Below, one piece after another: positions 1 through 9,319 of a stretch of DNA of 64,000 nt. Both the position numbers and the translations under genes were made by a program. Under the pieces are notes generated by a model. It did no database searches and was not told the origin of the DNA. It worked only from the letters and a program-made list of their open reading frames with translations. This stretch comes from Vulcanimicrobiota bacterium (GTDB lineage: Bacteria > Vulcanimicrobiota > Xenobia > Xenobiales > JADMJV01), in NCBI GenBank assembly GCA_050250895.1, contig JBFWNU010000003.1:256001-320000 (forward strand), read 5' to 3'. How positions within the stretch are numbered: position 1 is the stretch's first letter; the number at the start of each line of letters is the position of its first letter.

Positions 1-238
1 GAGGACTGGCCAGGATCTCGGCCAGTTTCTGGTGGTCGCCGAAGAGCCGGGCCTTCTCGGCCATCATATAGTGCTCGGCCGTCGAGTAGGTCACTCCGTC
101 GAGCCGGAACTCGGACGGCCACCACTGACTCAGGCAACCCGGGCCCAGGCCGCCGCCGGGCCGGGGCTGGTGACCCCAGAAGAACAGGAATTTGGGCAGC
201 GGCCCGGGATGGGCCAGCAACTCTGCCAGGTTGCGCAT
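1..238 (-). CDS. ybiA: NADAR (YbiA) family protein, 3' end truncated by the window edge
   Basis: Not in the ORF track. Manual translation from ATG at 238: MRNLAELLAHPGPLPKFLFFWGHQP...CLSQWWPSEFRLDGVTYSTAEHYMMAEKARLFGD. FFWGH, LSQW and TAEHYMMAEKA are typical NADAR motifs. Confidence 0.9.
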   Translation of the reverse strand, partial: MRNLAELLAHPGPLPKFLFFWGHQPRPGGGLGPGCLSQWWPSEFRLDGVTYSTAEHYMMAEKARLFGDHQKLAEILASP

Positions 239-318
239 GCACGCTCATACGACGGTCCTGGTTTCGACCCTCCGTCAGAAGCCACAGGAGCTTATCGCAA
301 AAGGGCGAAACCGGCTTC

Positions 319-732
319 ATGGGCAAGGTCAAAATCCTCTTGATCGAAGACAGCGCCGAGGATATCGAGCTCACCCGCGAAGCCTTTCTTGAGCTCTGTC
401 CCTCGGTCGAGCTCCTGACGGCTCGCGACGGTGCCACGGCCATGGAGATTTTGCGGGCTGGCGATACGCCCAGTCTGGTTTTGCTCGATCTCAACCTGCC
501 CCGCATGAATGGTCGCGAGGTCTTGCGCGAGATCAAATCCGACCCCCAGCTGGCCACGATTCCCGTCATCATTTTGACCACCTCGAGCGCCAACGACGAT
601 GTGCTCGAGGCTTACCGCAACCACGCCAACTGCTATCTGACCAAACCGCTCCATTTCGAACAGTTTCTCGAGCAGATGCGTGGGCTTCACCGTTTCTGGG
701 GCGAGCTGGCCAAGCTGCCGCCGGCCAGCTGA
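319..732 (+). CDS. Single-domain response regulator (CheY/Rcp1-like receiver)
   Basis: ILLIED, LLDLNLP (phospho-Asp), LTTS and ANCYLTKP motifs. Confidence 0.92.
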   Translation: MGKVKILLIEDSAEDIELTREAFLELCPSVELLTARDGATAMEILRAGDTPSLVLLDLNLPRMNGREVLREIKSDPQLATIPVIILTTSSANDDVLEAYRNHANCYLTKPLHFEQFLEQMRGLHRFWGELAKLPPAS

Positions 733-780
733 CTCATAGATTCTAGGATTTGGCTGACCCGAGCTTGAATTGCTCGACCC

Positions 781-3700
781 ATGAACGCCAGGAGAACCAG
801 TTGGGGGGCGGCACTACTCGTGCTGTCTCTTGTTTTATTAGCATCCACCCGGCCGAGTTTGGCCCAGAGCCGGCTGCTCGCCCTCTACAAGAGCAGCGAG
901 GGGGTCAACGCCGAGAATTGTGAGATCCGCACCTATCTCGCTCCCATTCTCGAGCGCTTAGGCTGGCAGATCGACTATCACGACGTCATCAGCGGACTAC
1001 CTCCCGAATCGACCATGAAGAACTACGGGGCGGTGGTGGCCTGGTATCGCGGGCCGGTGATGCCCAACGCCCTCAACTATGTGACCTGGCTGCGCGACCA
1101 GGTGACGGCCGGGCGCCGCGTCGTTCTGTTCGGCAACTTCGGAGCTCATAACGACGGAGCCAACTGGCTCTCTCCTGAGCAACTCAACGTCTTCTTCCAG
1201 CCCTTCGGCCTGGACTACCAGGCCCAATACTCCAACGATCCCTCGCAGATCAAGGTGGCCAGCAAGGACCCCAAAATGGTCGAGGCCGAGCTGCCCATCC
1301 CTTCGCCGCCGCCTCTGTTCGTGCTCTTCAAGAGCCCGGCGTCCACCAACCACAACTACCTGGTGCTCGAGCGCAAGGACCTGCCCGATAGCCAGAGCGC
1401 CATGGTGGTCACCACCCCCAGGGGTGGCATGGCCCAGGAACTCTACTTGCTCGAAGCGACCAATAGCGGTATCCAATGGCACCTCGACCGGGAAGACTTT
1501 CTGATGTCGGCTCTCGGCCACAAGATGGTCGACCGACCGACGGCCGTGGCTCCCGCTCCCGCCCCGGTGGCCGCCCCGGCCCCCCCGAGTCCGAAGTTGC
1601 CGGGCGGCGCCCCGCGTATTCTGGGCCTGTTTCGCTCGAGCGAGGGAGCCAGCCTCGAGAACAACGAGATGCGCCTGTTCGCCGAGCGGCCGCTGGCCGA
1701 ACTCGGCTACGCCCTCGACTACTACGACATCGACCAGGGCCTGCCCACGGCCGACCGGATGGCTGGCTACAAGGGGGTCATGACCTGGTATCGCAGCCCC
1801 ACCATCCGCGGCGCCAAAGCGTATATCGAGTGGCTGCTCAACCAGATTCTGGCCGGCCGCAAGGTCATCATCATGGGCAACATGGGCGTCTTTCAAGAGA
1901 TGGTCCAGTCCGACAAGGGCGAAATCGGTCGTTTCTTGCTGGGCCAGGAGTACAATCGCTTTCTCTATCCCTTCGGCCTCGAATTTCGGGCCGACTGGAC
2001 CAACGACAAGAAGACCGTCCAGGTGGTTCATCGGGACCAGCAGATGGTGCCTTTCTTGCCCCCTGAAACGGTCGGCCATTTCCACCTTTTCCGCTCGGTC
2101 GACCCCCGCAACCAGGCCTATTTGACCCTGCGGCGCACCGACCAGCAAGAGAGCGAGAGCGCCGTCATCGTGCGCACGCCCTACGGCGGCATGGCGCTCG
2201 AGAGTTACATCTTCTACCAGGAGCCGTCCACCTATAAGGTCACCATGCACCTGGATATGAAGCAGTTCCTCAACGATTGTCTGAGTTTCCAGGCCGGGGC
2301 GCCACCTCAGAAGATTCAGCTGACCGTCACTCCCAGCCAACGGCCGGGGGCACGCCACCTGGACCCTCCGGCCTATCCCGCTGACGTGAAGCCGATCCAG
2401 CGGCGGGTGCTGGCCTTTTATCAGCGGGACAAGAAGGAGGTGCCGCGTTTCAATTCGGCCCATACCCGCTGCCAGACCGTGCTCGATTATCTGGGCGTGG
2501 CGGTGGATTATCGGCCCGTCGAGGACCCTCTGCCCACCGAGGCCGAAATGGAGAAATATCGGGGCGTCCTGTGCTGGTTCACCGAGGACAATATGGTCGG
2601 CGCCCACAGGTTCAACACCTGGCTCGCGGCTCAGATGAAAGCCGGGCGCAAGGTCATCCTGCTGGGTACTTATGCGGCCGCCTCCGAAACCTCGGATCGT
2701 AGCCTGACCGATCCCCGTCCCGTGTTCTCCGAGTTGGGCATCGCCTACAGCACCGTCGGCAGCACCCCCACCCTGCCCGGCAGTGACGCCTTCAACAAGG
2801 TCGAGTTGCGAGGGCAGAAGATCGTCAGCCTCGACGAGTCGATGATGAACTGGGAGGAGAAGGTCGACCTGTCGGCTCCTGACCTGGCCAAGGCCTTCTG
2901 GCCATCCATCCGCTCGGTCGATCCCAAGAACAAGGTCTATTTGACGGTGGCCGACTCGCGGGGCGAGGCCGATGTGGTGGTGATCTCGCCCAAGGGGGCC
3001 ATCGCCATGGGCAACTTTCCCGGCACCCAACCTCGCGGAGACACTCTCACCGACCGGGTCTCGGGTTTTCGAGGCGACCACGGCCAGGACCGCAAGATCG
3101 CCGAAGACGAAGAGACCATCCCGGCCGCCTGGCGTCTGGACCCGTTCAAGTTCTTTACCGAGGCGCTCGAACTCGAGGAGCTGCCTCGCCCCGACATGAG
3201 CACCCTCAACGGCCACCGCATCTTCTACAGCCACATCGACGGCGACGCCTTTCGCGGAATCTCGCTGACCGACCGGGTCAGTTTCAACGGAGAGGTGATG
3301 TATCGCGAGGTCCTTTCGAAGTATCCCCTGCCGGTCACGGTCAGCTACGTGACCTCTGACATCGAGAAATACCTGGGCGATTACTACTGCCGCGAGTTGA
3401 GTTCGGCGCGCGAGATCATGGAACTCGACAACGTCGAGCCGGCCACGCACACTCACACCCACCCCTTCGACTGGCAACACGGCGACATGGAGGTGGTCAG
3501 CAAGAATCCGGTCCGTCTCGAACTTCGGCCTATCGACCTCGAGCGCGAGATCCATCACTCCATCGATTTCCTCAACCAGGCGCTGCTGCCGCCCGATAAG
3601 CACTGCCGCATCCTGCTCTGGTCGGGACGCTGCAACCCCACCCCAGAAGCCCTCAAGCTGGTGCGCGAGATGGGCATTCCCAACCTCAACGGCGGCGACC

Positions 3701-4482
3701 CGCTCTATGACAGCAAACAGCCCTACATGATGGGAGTCTATCCTCTCTACACTCCCATCGGCGACGGCCTGCAAGTGCATACCGCGGGAGCCGGCGATTT
3801 CATCTATACCGGCTCGTTCACCCGCAACTACGACGGGCTCAAGAAAGTCGTCGAGACCTACGAGAAGACCGAGAAACCTCGCCGCTTGCGCCCGATGAAC
3901 GCTTACTACCACTTCTATCTGGCCGAACGCGAGCCGGCCATCGAGAGCATCACCTTTGTCTATGACTACGTGTTGGCTCACGACCCGGCCCCGATGTTCG
4001 CCTCGGACCAGGTGGACATCGTCAACGATTTCTATCACCTGCGCATGGGGCGCACCGCCGACGGGGGCTACTGGATCGGGAATCTGTCGAATCTGCGCGA
4101 GCTGCGTTTCGAGAACCGAGGCCAGGTCCCCGACCTGGCTCGCTCTCAGGGCGTGCTCGGCTATCTGGTCGAAGGCGACACCCTCTGGGTTCACCTCGAC
4201 GAGACCGAGCAGCATCGCCTCTACCTGCGCGCCCCGGGAGCCCAGGGTCCCTACCTGCGTTCGGCCACCCATTACGTCTCGAAGTGGAAGAGCCAGGGGG
4301 AGAACGTGTCGCTGGTGATGACCGGAGTCGGTCAAGCGAAGCTCCAGCTGGCTGGCTTGACTCCGGGTAAGAGTTACAAACTCAACGGGTCATCCGTCAC
4401 GGCCGACGCCCAGGGCACGGTGGTCTGGACCGGCCGCCTGCGCGGTTATCGGGCTGACCACTCTTTCAAGCTGACGCCTTAG
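781..4482 (+). CDS. PelA-like secreted polysaccharide deacetylase with three tandem N-terminal alpha/beta repeats
   Basis: Signal peptide. The C-terminal part has SHIDGD, HTHTHPFDW, LWSGRCNP, NGGD and YYHFY motifs as in the PelA CE4-like domain. Three repeats begin RLLALY, RILGLF and RVLAFY. Confidence 0.75.
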   Translation: MNARRTSWGAALLVLSLVLLASTRPSLAQSRLLALYKSSEGVNAENCEIRTYLAPILERLGWQIDYHDVISGLPPESTMKNYGAVVAWYRGPVMPNALNYVTWLRDQVTAGRRVVLFGNFGAHNDGANWLSPEQLNVFFQPFGLDYQAQYSNDPSQIKVASKDPKMVEAELPIPSPPPLFVLFKSPASTNHNYLVLERKDLPDSQSAMVVTTPRGGMAQELYLLEATNSGIQWHLDREDFLMSALGHKMVDRPTAVAPAPAPVAAPAPPSPKLPGGAPRILGLFRSSEGASLENNEMRLFAERPLAELGYALDYYDIDQGLPTADRMAGYKGVMTWYRSPTIRGAKAYIEWLLNQILAGRKVIIMGNMGVFQEMVQSDKGEIGRFLLGQEYNRFLYPFGLEFRADWTNDKKTVQVVHRDQQMVPFLPPETVGHFHLFRSVDPRNQAYLTLRRTDQQESESAVIVRTPYGGMALESYIFYQEPSTYKVTMHLDMKQFLNDCLSFQAGAPPQKIQLTVTPSQRPGARHLDPPAYPADVKPIQRRVLAFYQRDKKEVPRFNSAHTRCQTVLDYLGVAVDYRPVEDPLPTEAEMEKYRGVLCWFTEDNMVGAHRFNTWLAAQMKAGRKVILLGTYAAASETSDRSLTDPRPVFSELGIAYSTVGSTPTLPGSDAFNKVELRGQKIVSLDESMMNWEEKVDLSAPDLAKAFWPSIRSVDPKNKVYLTVADSRGEADVVVISPKGAIAMGNFPGTQPRGDTLTDRVSGFRGDHGQDRKIAEDEETIPAAWRLDPFKFFTEALELEELPRPDMSTLNGHRIFYSHIDGDAFRGISLTDRVSFNGEVMYREVLSKYPLPVTVSYVTSDIEKYLGDYYCRELSSAREIMELDNVEPATHTHTHPFDWQHGDMEVVSKNPVRLELRPIDLEREIHHSIDFLNQALLPPDKHCRILLWSGRCNPTPEALKLVREMGIPNLNGGDPLYDSKQPYMMGVYPLYTPIGDGLQVHTAGAGDFIYTGSFTRNYDGLKKVVETYEKTEKPRRLRPMNAYYHFYLAEREPAIESITFVYDYVLAHDPAPMFASDQVDIVNDFYHLRMGRTADGGYWIGNLSNLRELRFENRGQVPDLARSQGVLGYLVEGDTLWVHLDETEQHRLYLRAPGAQGPYLRSATHYVSKWKSQGENVSLVMTGVGQAKLQLAGLTPGKSYKLNGSSVTADAQGTVVWTGRLRGYRADHSFKLTP

Positions 4483-4596
4483 GCCTCACCCTCACGCGGC
4501 TGGGGCTGATCCGCAGGAAACCCAGCAGGAACTGAGAAGGCTCCTTTGGATGGGGTGGGAATGTATGTTCGATTTTCCGCCGCGGAAGGATTTATC

Positions 4597-6492
4597 ATGA
4601 AAACTCTCTCGAGAGTCTTTTTGTTCGCGTCGGTCTGGCTGGTGGCGTTCACCCTGCTGGGTGCGCCGGTGCTGGCTCAGACCGAGACGGCAGACAATCA
4701 GGCCAAAGCCCAACAGGAGTTGGATAAAGCTCGCGAGCTGCTCAAGCAGGGATATACCGACTCTGCCATCGTCAGCTATCAGAGCGCCATTAAACTAGAC
4801 CCCGAGCTGGTGCCCGCCTACAAAGAACTGGGTGAGCTGATGCTCGAACAAAAGAACCACGCGTACGCGATCAAGATGTATCGTGAACTCGAGCGCCTGC
4901 AACCCAACGAGGTGCAGTGGAAGAGCGTGCTGCTGTCGCTCTATGAAACTTACGAGATGCCGCGCGACGCCATCGACACCGGCCAGGCCTGGCTCGAACT
5001 CGAGCCCAACAACGCCGATGTCATGCGACGCCTCATCAAGGTCTACGACAACATGAACTTTCGGGCCGACCAGACCGACATGATGGAGCGTTTGGCCACG
5101 GTCAGCGAGGTGGACGCCCAGTTCTATGTCGAGCTCGGCAAGCTCTATCTCGAGCAGCAGCAGAGCCGCAAGGCCATCGGCGCTTATCAGAAGGCCGTCG
5201 ACAAAGACCCCAGCATCGGCAACCAGGTGCTGCTCAGCCAGGCCTACATGGCCGATGGCAACTACGAGAAGGCCGAGTCCATCCTTCAGGAACTGGCCGA
5301 CAAAAACCCTAACGACCCGGGTGTCAAAGAGCACCTGGCCCGCATTTATCTCGAGGACGGAGACCGTTACTTCGCGACCCGTCGCTACGCCACCGCCAAG
5401 CGGCTTTATCAGAAGGCTCAGGACCTGACCGGCAACAGCGGCGAGGGCGCCGATTCGACCACGGTCAGCGACACCTCGGGCGATGGCGTCGAGTTGACTC
5501 CTGACCGCAGCCGGCGGCTGCGCGGCACCGGCGTGGTGGACTCGGGCGACCCGTTCAACGGCAACTGGTCGCCCAGTCTGCCCGACGCCGGTGACGACCT
5601 GGGCAGCGCCCTGCGCGACCGGGTGGCCCGCGCCAATCGCGGTATGCGTCCCTACGTGGGAGTGCAGGCCGATTTCGGCCACGCCGGATTTGTCGACTAT
5701 ACCCGCACCGAATCGCGGGCCGGCTCGATCATCCCCGACACCGAGTTGACGGTGGAAGCCATCCATCGTTACGCCGATGTCAGCGACCCGTCGGGAACGG
5801 CCTGGGTCGGTCTGGGATTCGGGCGCCTCAATTACAACTTCGACCGTCACTGGAGCGCCCACGCCGAGGCCGGCTCGGAGGGACTCTATCGCGTGGGTAT
5901 GCTGACCGAGGCCGAGCACTTCGCGGCTGGAGCCGATGTCTTTCAGGACCGCTACTACCTGAGCGCCCTGGCCATCGCCAGCGACCTGAAATACACCGGC
6001 ACGAACCTGTTTGCAGACTGGTCCGTTACCCCCTGGCTGAGCCTGGCCGGCAACGTCACCTGGGCCAATTATAACGACGGCACCGACCAGGTGCTTTACA
6101 ACATCGGGCCTTTCTTCACTCTTTACGAAGAGCCCGGCGACAAGAAGTTCGGCGTCTACTACAACCATTCGGCCGACATCAACGACCAGGTGGTCAACCC
6201 GCTACTGCGGTTTGCCCCGCCGAATCTGCAGTTCGACACGGTGGGCTGGGAGTTCCGCCACGCTGTAAACGACTGGTTCCGCTATCGTTTGGGCTACAAC
6301 CATACCTGGCTCAACAACGGCGGCAGCGGCGATAGCTTCCTGATCGGCGGCGACGTTCGCCTCGGCCAGGACGCCTTCGTCGGCCTCGACTACGAGCGCG
6401 GTTTCGTGCCCGGCGGTCTGGTTCCGGTGGGTCAGCAGTTGCTGCGCAACGACAACGACAACCTGCAGTTGAACGTCCGCGTCAACTTCTAA
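4597..6492 (+). CDS. TPR-repeat protein with C-terminal outer-membrane beta-barrel (PelB/PgaA/BcsC-like architecture)
   Basis: RBS GGAAGGA before ATG 4597, signal peptide, TPR helices (AIKLDP, YQKAVDKDP), aromatic/Gly-rich strands, and a terminal Phe (LNVRVNF). Confidence 0.75.
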   Translation: MKTLSRVFLFASVWLVAFTLLGAPVLAQTETADNQAKAQQELDKARELLKQGYTDSAIVSYQSAIKLDPELVPAYKELGELMLEQKNHAYAIKMYRELERLQPNEVQWKSVLLSLYETYEMPRDAIDTGQAWLELEPNNADVMRRLIKVYDNMNFRADQTDMMERLATVSEVDAQFYVELGKLYLEQQQSRKAIGAYQKAVDKDPSIGNQVLLSQAYMADGNYEKAESILQELADKNPNDPGVKEHLARIYLEDGDRYFATRRYATAKRLYQKAQDLTGNSGEGADSTTVSDTSGDGVELTPDRSRRLRGTGVVDSGDPFNGNWSPSLPDAGDDLGSALRDRVARANRGMRPYVGVQADFGHAGFVDYTRTESRAGSIIPDTELTVEAIHRYADVSDPSGTAWVGLGFGRLNYNFDRHWSAHAEAGSEGLYRVGMLTEAEHFAAGADVFQDRYYLSALAIASDLKYTGTNLFADWSVTPWLSLAGNVTWANYNDGTDQVLYNIGPFFTLYEEPGDKKFGVYYNHSADINDQVVNPLLRFAPPNLQFDTVGWEFRHAVNDWFRYRLGYNHTWLNNGGSGDSFLIGGDVRLGQDAFVGLDYERGFVPGGLVPVGQQLLRNDNDNLQLNVRVNF

Positions 6493-6509
6493 TCGGTCGT
6501 CGGCTTAAG

Positions 6510-6534
6510 ACCCCCGCTTCGGCGGGGGTTTTTT
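6510..6534 (+). terminator. Rho-independent terminator
   Basis: ACCCCCGC-TTCG-GCGGGGGT followed by a T run. Confidence 0.9.
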
Positions 6535-6574
6535 CATTTGGCCTGGGTTGGTGTGGCGGGTTTCGACTGGCGGC

Positions 6575-8370
6575 GACGGCGCGGCGCGTGGTCGTAGCAC
6601 AGGTCGGTGTGGCTCGCCAGTGGGGCGCCCGAAAAATAAACCGCGGAGATCAGGAGGGCACGGAGAGGGTTGTGGGGGCGTGGGGTGAGCGTCCTGGCGA
6701 AATTATGGGTTGGGGTTTTGCCCCATCGAACGGGGTGCTCAAAACGGCGGTGGCTCGGTGGCTGCGGATCCCGGCGCACGACCCTCGACCGGCCGGGGCA
6801 ACCCGCGGCTCGGGCAGGGCGGGTGAAGCCCGGCCGGGCTTCCTTGCGGAAGTGGCCGGGCGGGGGTGCCGAATCGCCGCCAGGGCTAGCCACGACTTCC
6901 ACGTGGAAGTGTGCCCGGGGCTGGCGGATGCGGCCGCAGCCGGACTTCCGTCCGGAAGTGGCCTGGCTTGATTCGCTCGCGGCGGGGGCGGCTGGTGTGG
7001 CTCGCCAGTGGGGCGTCCGAAAAATAAACCGCGGAGATCAGGAGGGCCCGGAGAGGGTTGTGGGGGGCGTGGGGTGAGCGTCCTGGCGAAATTGTGGGTT
7101 GGGGTTTTGCCCCATCGAACGGGGTGCTCAAAACGGCGGTGGCTCGGTGGCTGCGGATCCCGGCGCACGACCCTCGACCGGCCGGGGCAACCCGCGGCTC
7201 GGGCAGGGCGGGTGAAGCCCGGCCGGGCTTCTTTGCGGAAGTGGCCGGGCGGGGGTGCCGAATCGCCGCCAGGGCTAGCCACGACTTCCACGTGGAAGTG
7301 TGCCCGGGGCTGGCGGATGCAGCCCGGCCGGACTTCCGTCCGGAAGTGGCTGGGCGGGTTGGCCCGCTTGGCCGCCCGGGTCGGCCGCGACTTCCAGGTG
7401 GAAGTGATGCCTTCGGGCAGGGCGGATGCAGCCCGGCCGGACAGTGGCCTGGCCGATTCGCTCGCGGCGGGGGCGGCTGGTGTGTCTCGCCAGTTGGGTG
7501 CCTGAGAAATCAACCGCGGAGATCAGGAGGGCCCGGAGAGGGGTTGTGGGGGGCGTGGGGTGAGCGTCCTGGCGAAATTATGGGTTAGGGTTTTGCCGCA
7601 TCGAACGGGGTGCTCAAAACGGCGGTGGCTCGGTGGCTGCGGATCCCGGCGCACGACCCTCGACCGGCCGGGGCAACCCGCGGCTCGGGCAGGGCGGGTG
7701 AAGCCCGGCCGGGCTTCCTTGCGGAAGTGGCCGGGCGGGGGTGCCGAATCGCCGCCAGGGCTAGCCACGACTTCCACGTGGAAGTGTGCCCGGGGCTGGC
7801 GGATGCAGCCGCAGCCGGACTTCCTTGCGGAAGTGGCCTGGCGAATCGCTCGCGGCGGGGACGGCCTGGGGCGGCGAGTTGGCTGGCCGCCGCGGGTTTT
7901 GGCTGGCCAGGCGGGCTGCGGTGTGGCCTGGGCCGAACGCTTGCTCGCTAGCAGCCGGCGGTTGTGCGCCGCACAATCAGCTCTGGGCAGTGTGCGGCGC
8001 AAGTGTGCGCCGTACAACGCGATTTGGCTGGTGTGCGGCGCACGATCCTCGACCGGCGCCGGGAAACCCGCGGCTCGGGCAGGGCGGGTGCAGCCCGGCC
8101 GGACTTCCGTCCGGAAGTGGCCGGGCGCTTCGCTCGCGGCGGGGCGGCTGGGCGCGGCGGCTTTGGCCGGCTTGGCCGCCAGGGTCGGCCGCGATTTCCA
8201 CGTGGAAGTGTGCCCTGGGGTTGGCGGGTGCAGCCCGGCCGGACTTCCGTTCGGAAGTGGCCTGGCGACTCGCTCGCGGCGGGGGCGGCTGGGCGCGGCG
8301 AGTAGGCTCGCCGCCGCGGTTTGGCTGGCTTGGCGCCCGGGTCAGCCGCGACTTCCACGTGGAAGTAATG
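6575..8370. repeat. Non-coding repeat mosaic: three near-identical ~320-bp units plus partial copies, with about 14 ACTTCC-N4-GGAAGT-type palindromes
   Basis: Anchor CCGCGGAGATCAGGAGGG at 6641, 7029 and 7514. Palindromes at e.g. 6895, 6944, 7284, 7332, 7770, 8103, 8243 and 8351. ORFs here are incoherent. Confidence 0.9.
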
Positions 8371-8416
8371 CCTTCGGGCCTGGCAGCCGCAGCCAGACTC
8401 CCCATGCGCAAGCGGC

Positions 8417-8827
8417 CTATTCGTCGAGCCAGCCTTCACCAGCGAGCAGGGTTCGGCAGGCCTCACAGAATTCGTGAGCGCGCGAAAAGATGTCCTTGAT
8501 GTCGTTCTCGGCGTAGATCGTCGAGGCATCATCGTCGGCTGCTTCTCGTTCGCCCTGGAGCTGGGTCAAAGCCCGGGGCGCTGAGCTGGGTAGTCTGCCA
8601 GGTCGGACGAAATGCAGGTTGAGAAGGGTGGCGATTCCAGTATGGGTTCGAGCCTCGAGACCTTCGGTCAAAAGAACGGCCCGAGCCGAATGAACCATGG
8701 CGTAGTAGGCCCGCGAGACCGCGTCGGCGTTGAGGCCTGCCTGGCGCAGATTGGCAGCCGCCAGCCAGCTTTCTTGCCCGCGCTTGAGTTCGAGTTTCAG
8801 GTTGCGGCGTCGATTGTCTTCGGTCAT
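8417..8827 (-). CDS. HEPN domain protein (UPF0332-type), partner of the adjacent MNT
   Basis: AVSRAYYAM..AR, THxG and R..AD motifs; 4-nt overlap with the MNT gene. Confidence 0.85.
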   Translation of the reverse strand: MTEDNRRRNLKLELKRGQESWLAAANLRQAGLNADAVSRAYYAMVHSARAVLLTEGLEARTHTGIATLLNLHFVRPGRLPSSAPRALTQLQGEREAADDDASTIYAENDIKDIFSRAHEFCEACRTLLAGEGWLDE

Positions 8828-9132
8828 ACCTGAATGCCTTCTTCCAGAATGTCTCGGGCCAGCCGGCGCTCGTGGTCGAGTAGGCCCTGGAAATGAGACT
8901 CGCTCATGACGTGGGGGCTTGGGGCATATGGCAGCGAAAGCTCGTCAGCCACATCCCAGGCCAGCCCCATCAGCTCCATTCTCAGGGCTCGGTCCTCCTC
9001 TCGTTGCATTACGAACAGGTCAAGGTCCGAGTCGAGCTGGGCGTCACCCCGCGCCCGCGAGCCGAAGATGCGAACTTGCTGAACAGCCTCACCGTATAAC
9101 TCTCTAGCCCGCTCACGGTAGCGTGCGTGCAT
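8824..9132 (-). CDS. Minimal nucleotidyltransferase (MNT); start uncertain
   Basis: FGSRARGDAQLDSDLDL (GS-x10-DxD) motif. Confidence 0.85.
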   Translation of the reverse strand: MHARYRERARELYGEAVQQVRIFGSRARGDAQLDSDLDLFVMQREEDRALRMELMGLAWDVADELSLPYAPSPHVMSESHFQGLLDHERRLARDILEEGIQV

Positions 9133-9319
9133 AGTCCAGGTCAAGCTGGGTGGGCATGGAGAAAGCTTCAGGACCAACAACAGCTCTCCCTGTCGGGCAA
9201 ATTATGGGGAAACCGTAACAATGTGTTCATCTGGTGTCAATATTTAGGGGCCGGGGTCGAAACTTGTCGCGCCAACCGGGATCTAGAATGGTCGAAACAG
9301 ACACCCTCAGGAGGCCCCA

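Noticed and set aside
1-238. Functional link between NADAR and the NAD cluster at 58-63 kb
   Set aside because: They are about 58 kb apart and I see no shared operator upstream of NADAR.
997-4335. 1112-aa antisense ORF and similar long shadow ORFs (4795-6168, 50737-51915, 14241-15365)
   Set aside because: They mirror well-supported genes on the opposite strand, as expected from high-GC codon bias, and have no recognisable motifs.
6575-8370. Possible CRISPR array or protein-coding region
   Set aside because: The units are hundreds of bp with recycled linkers rather than unique spacers, there are no cas genes, and ORFs in all frames are low-complexity artefacts of the repeat.
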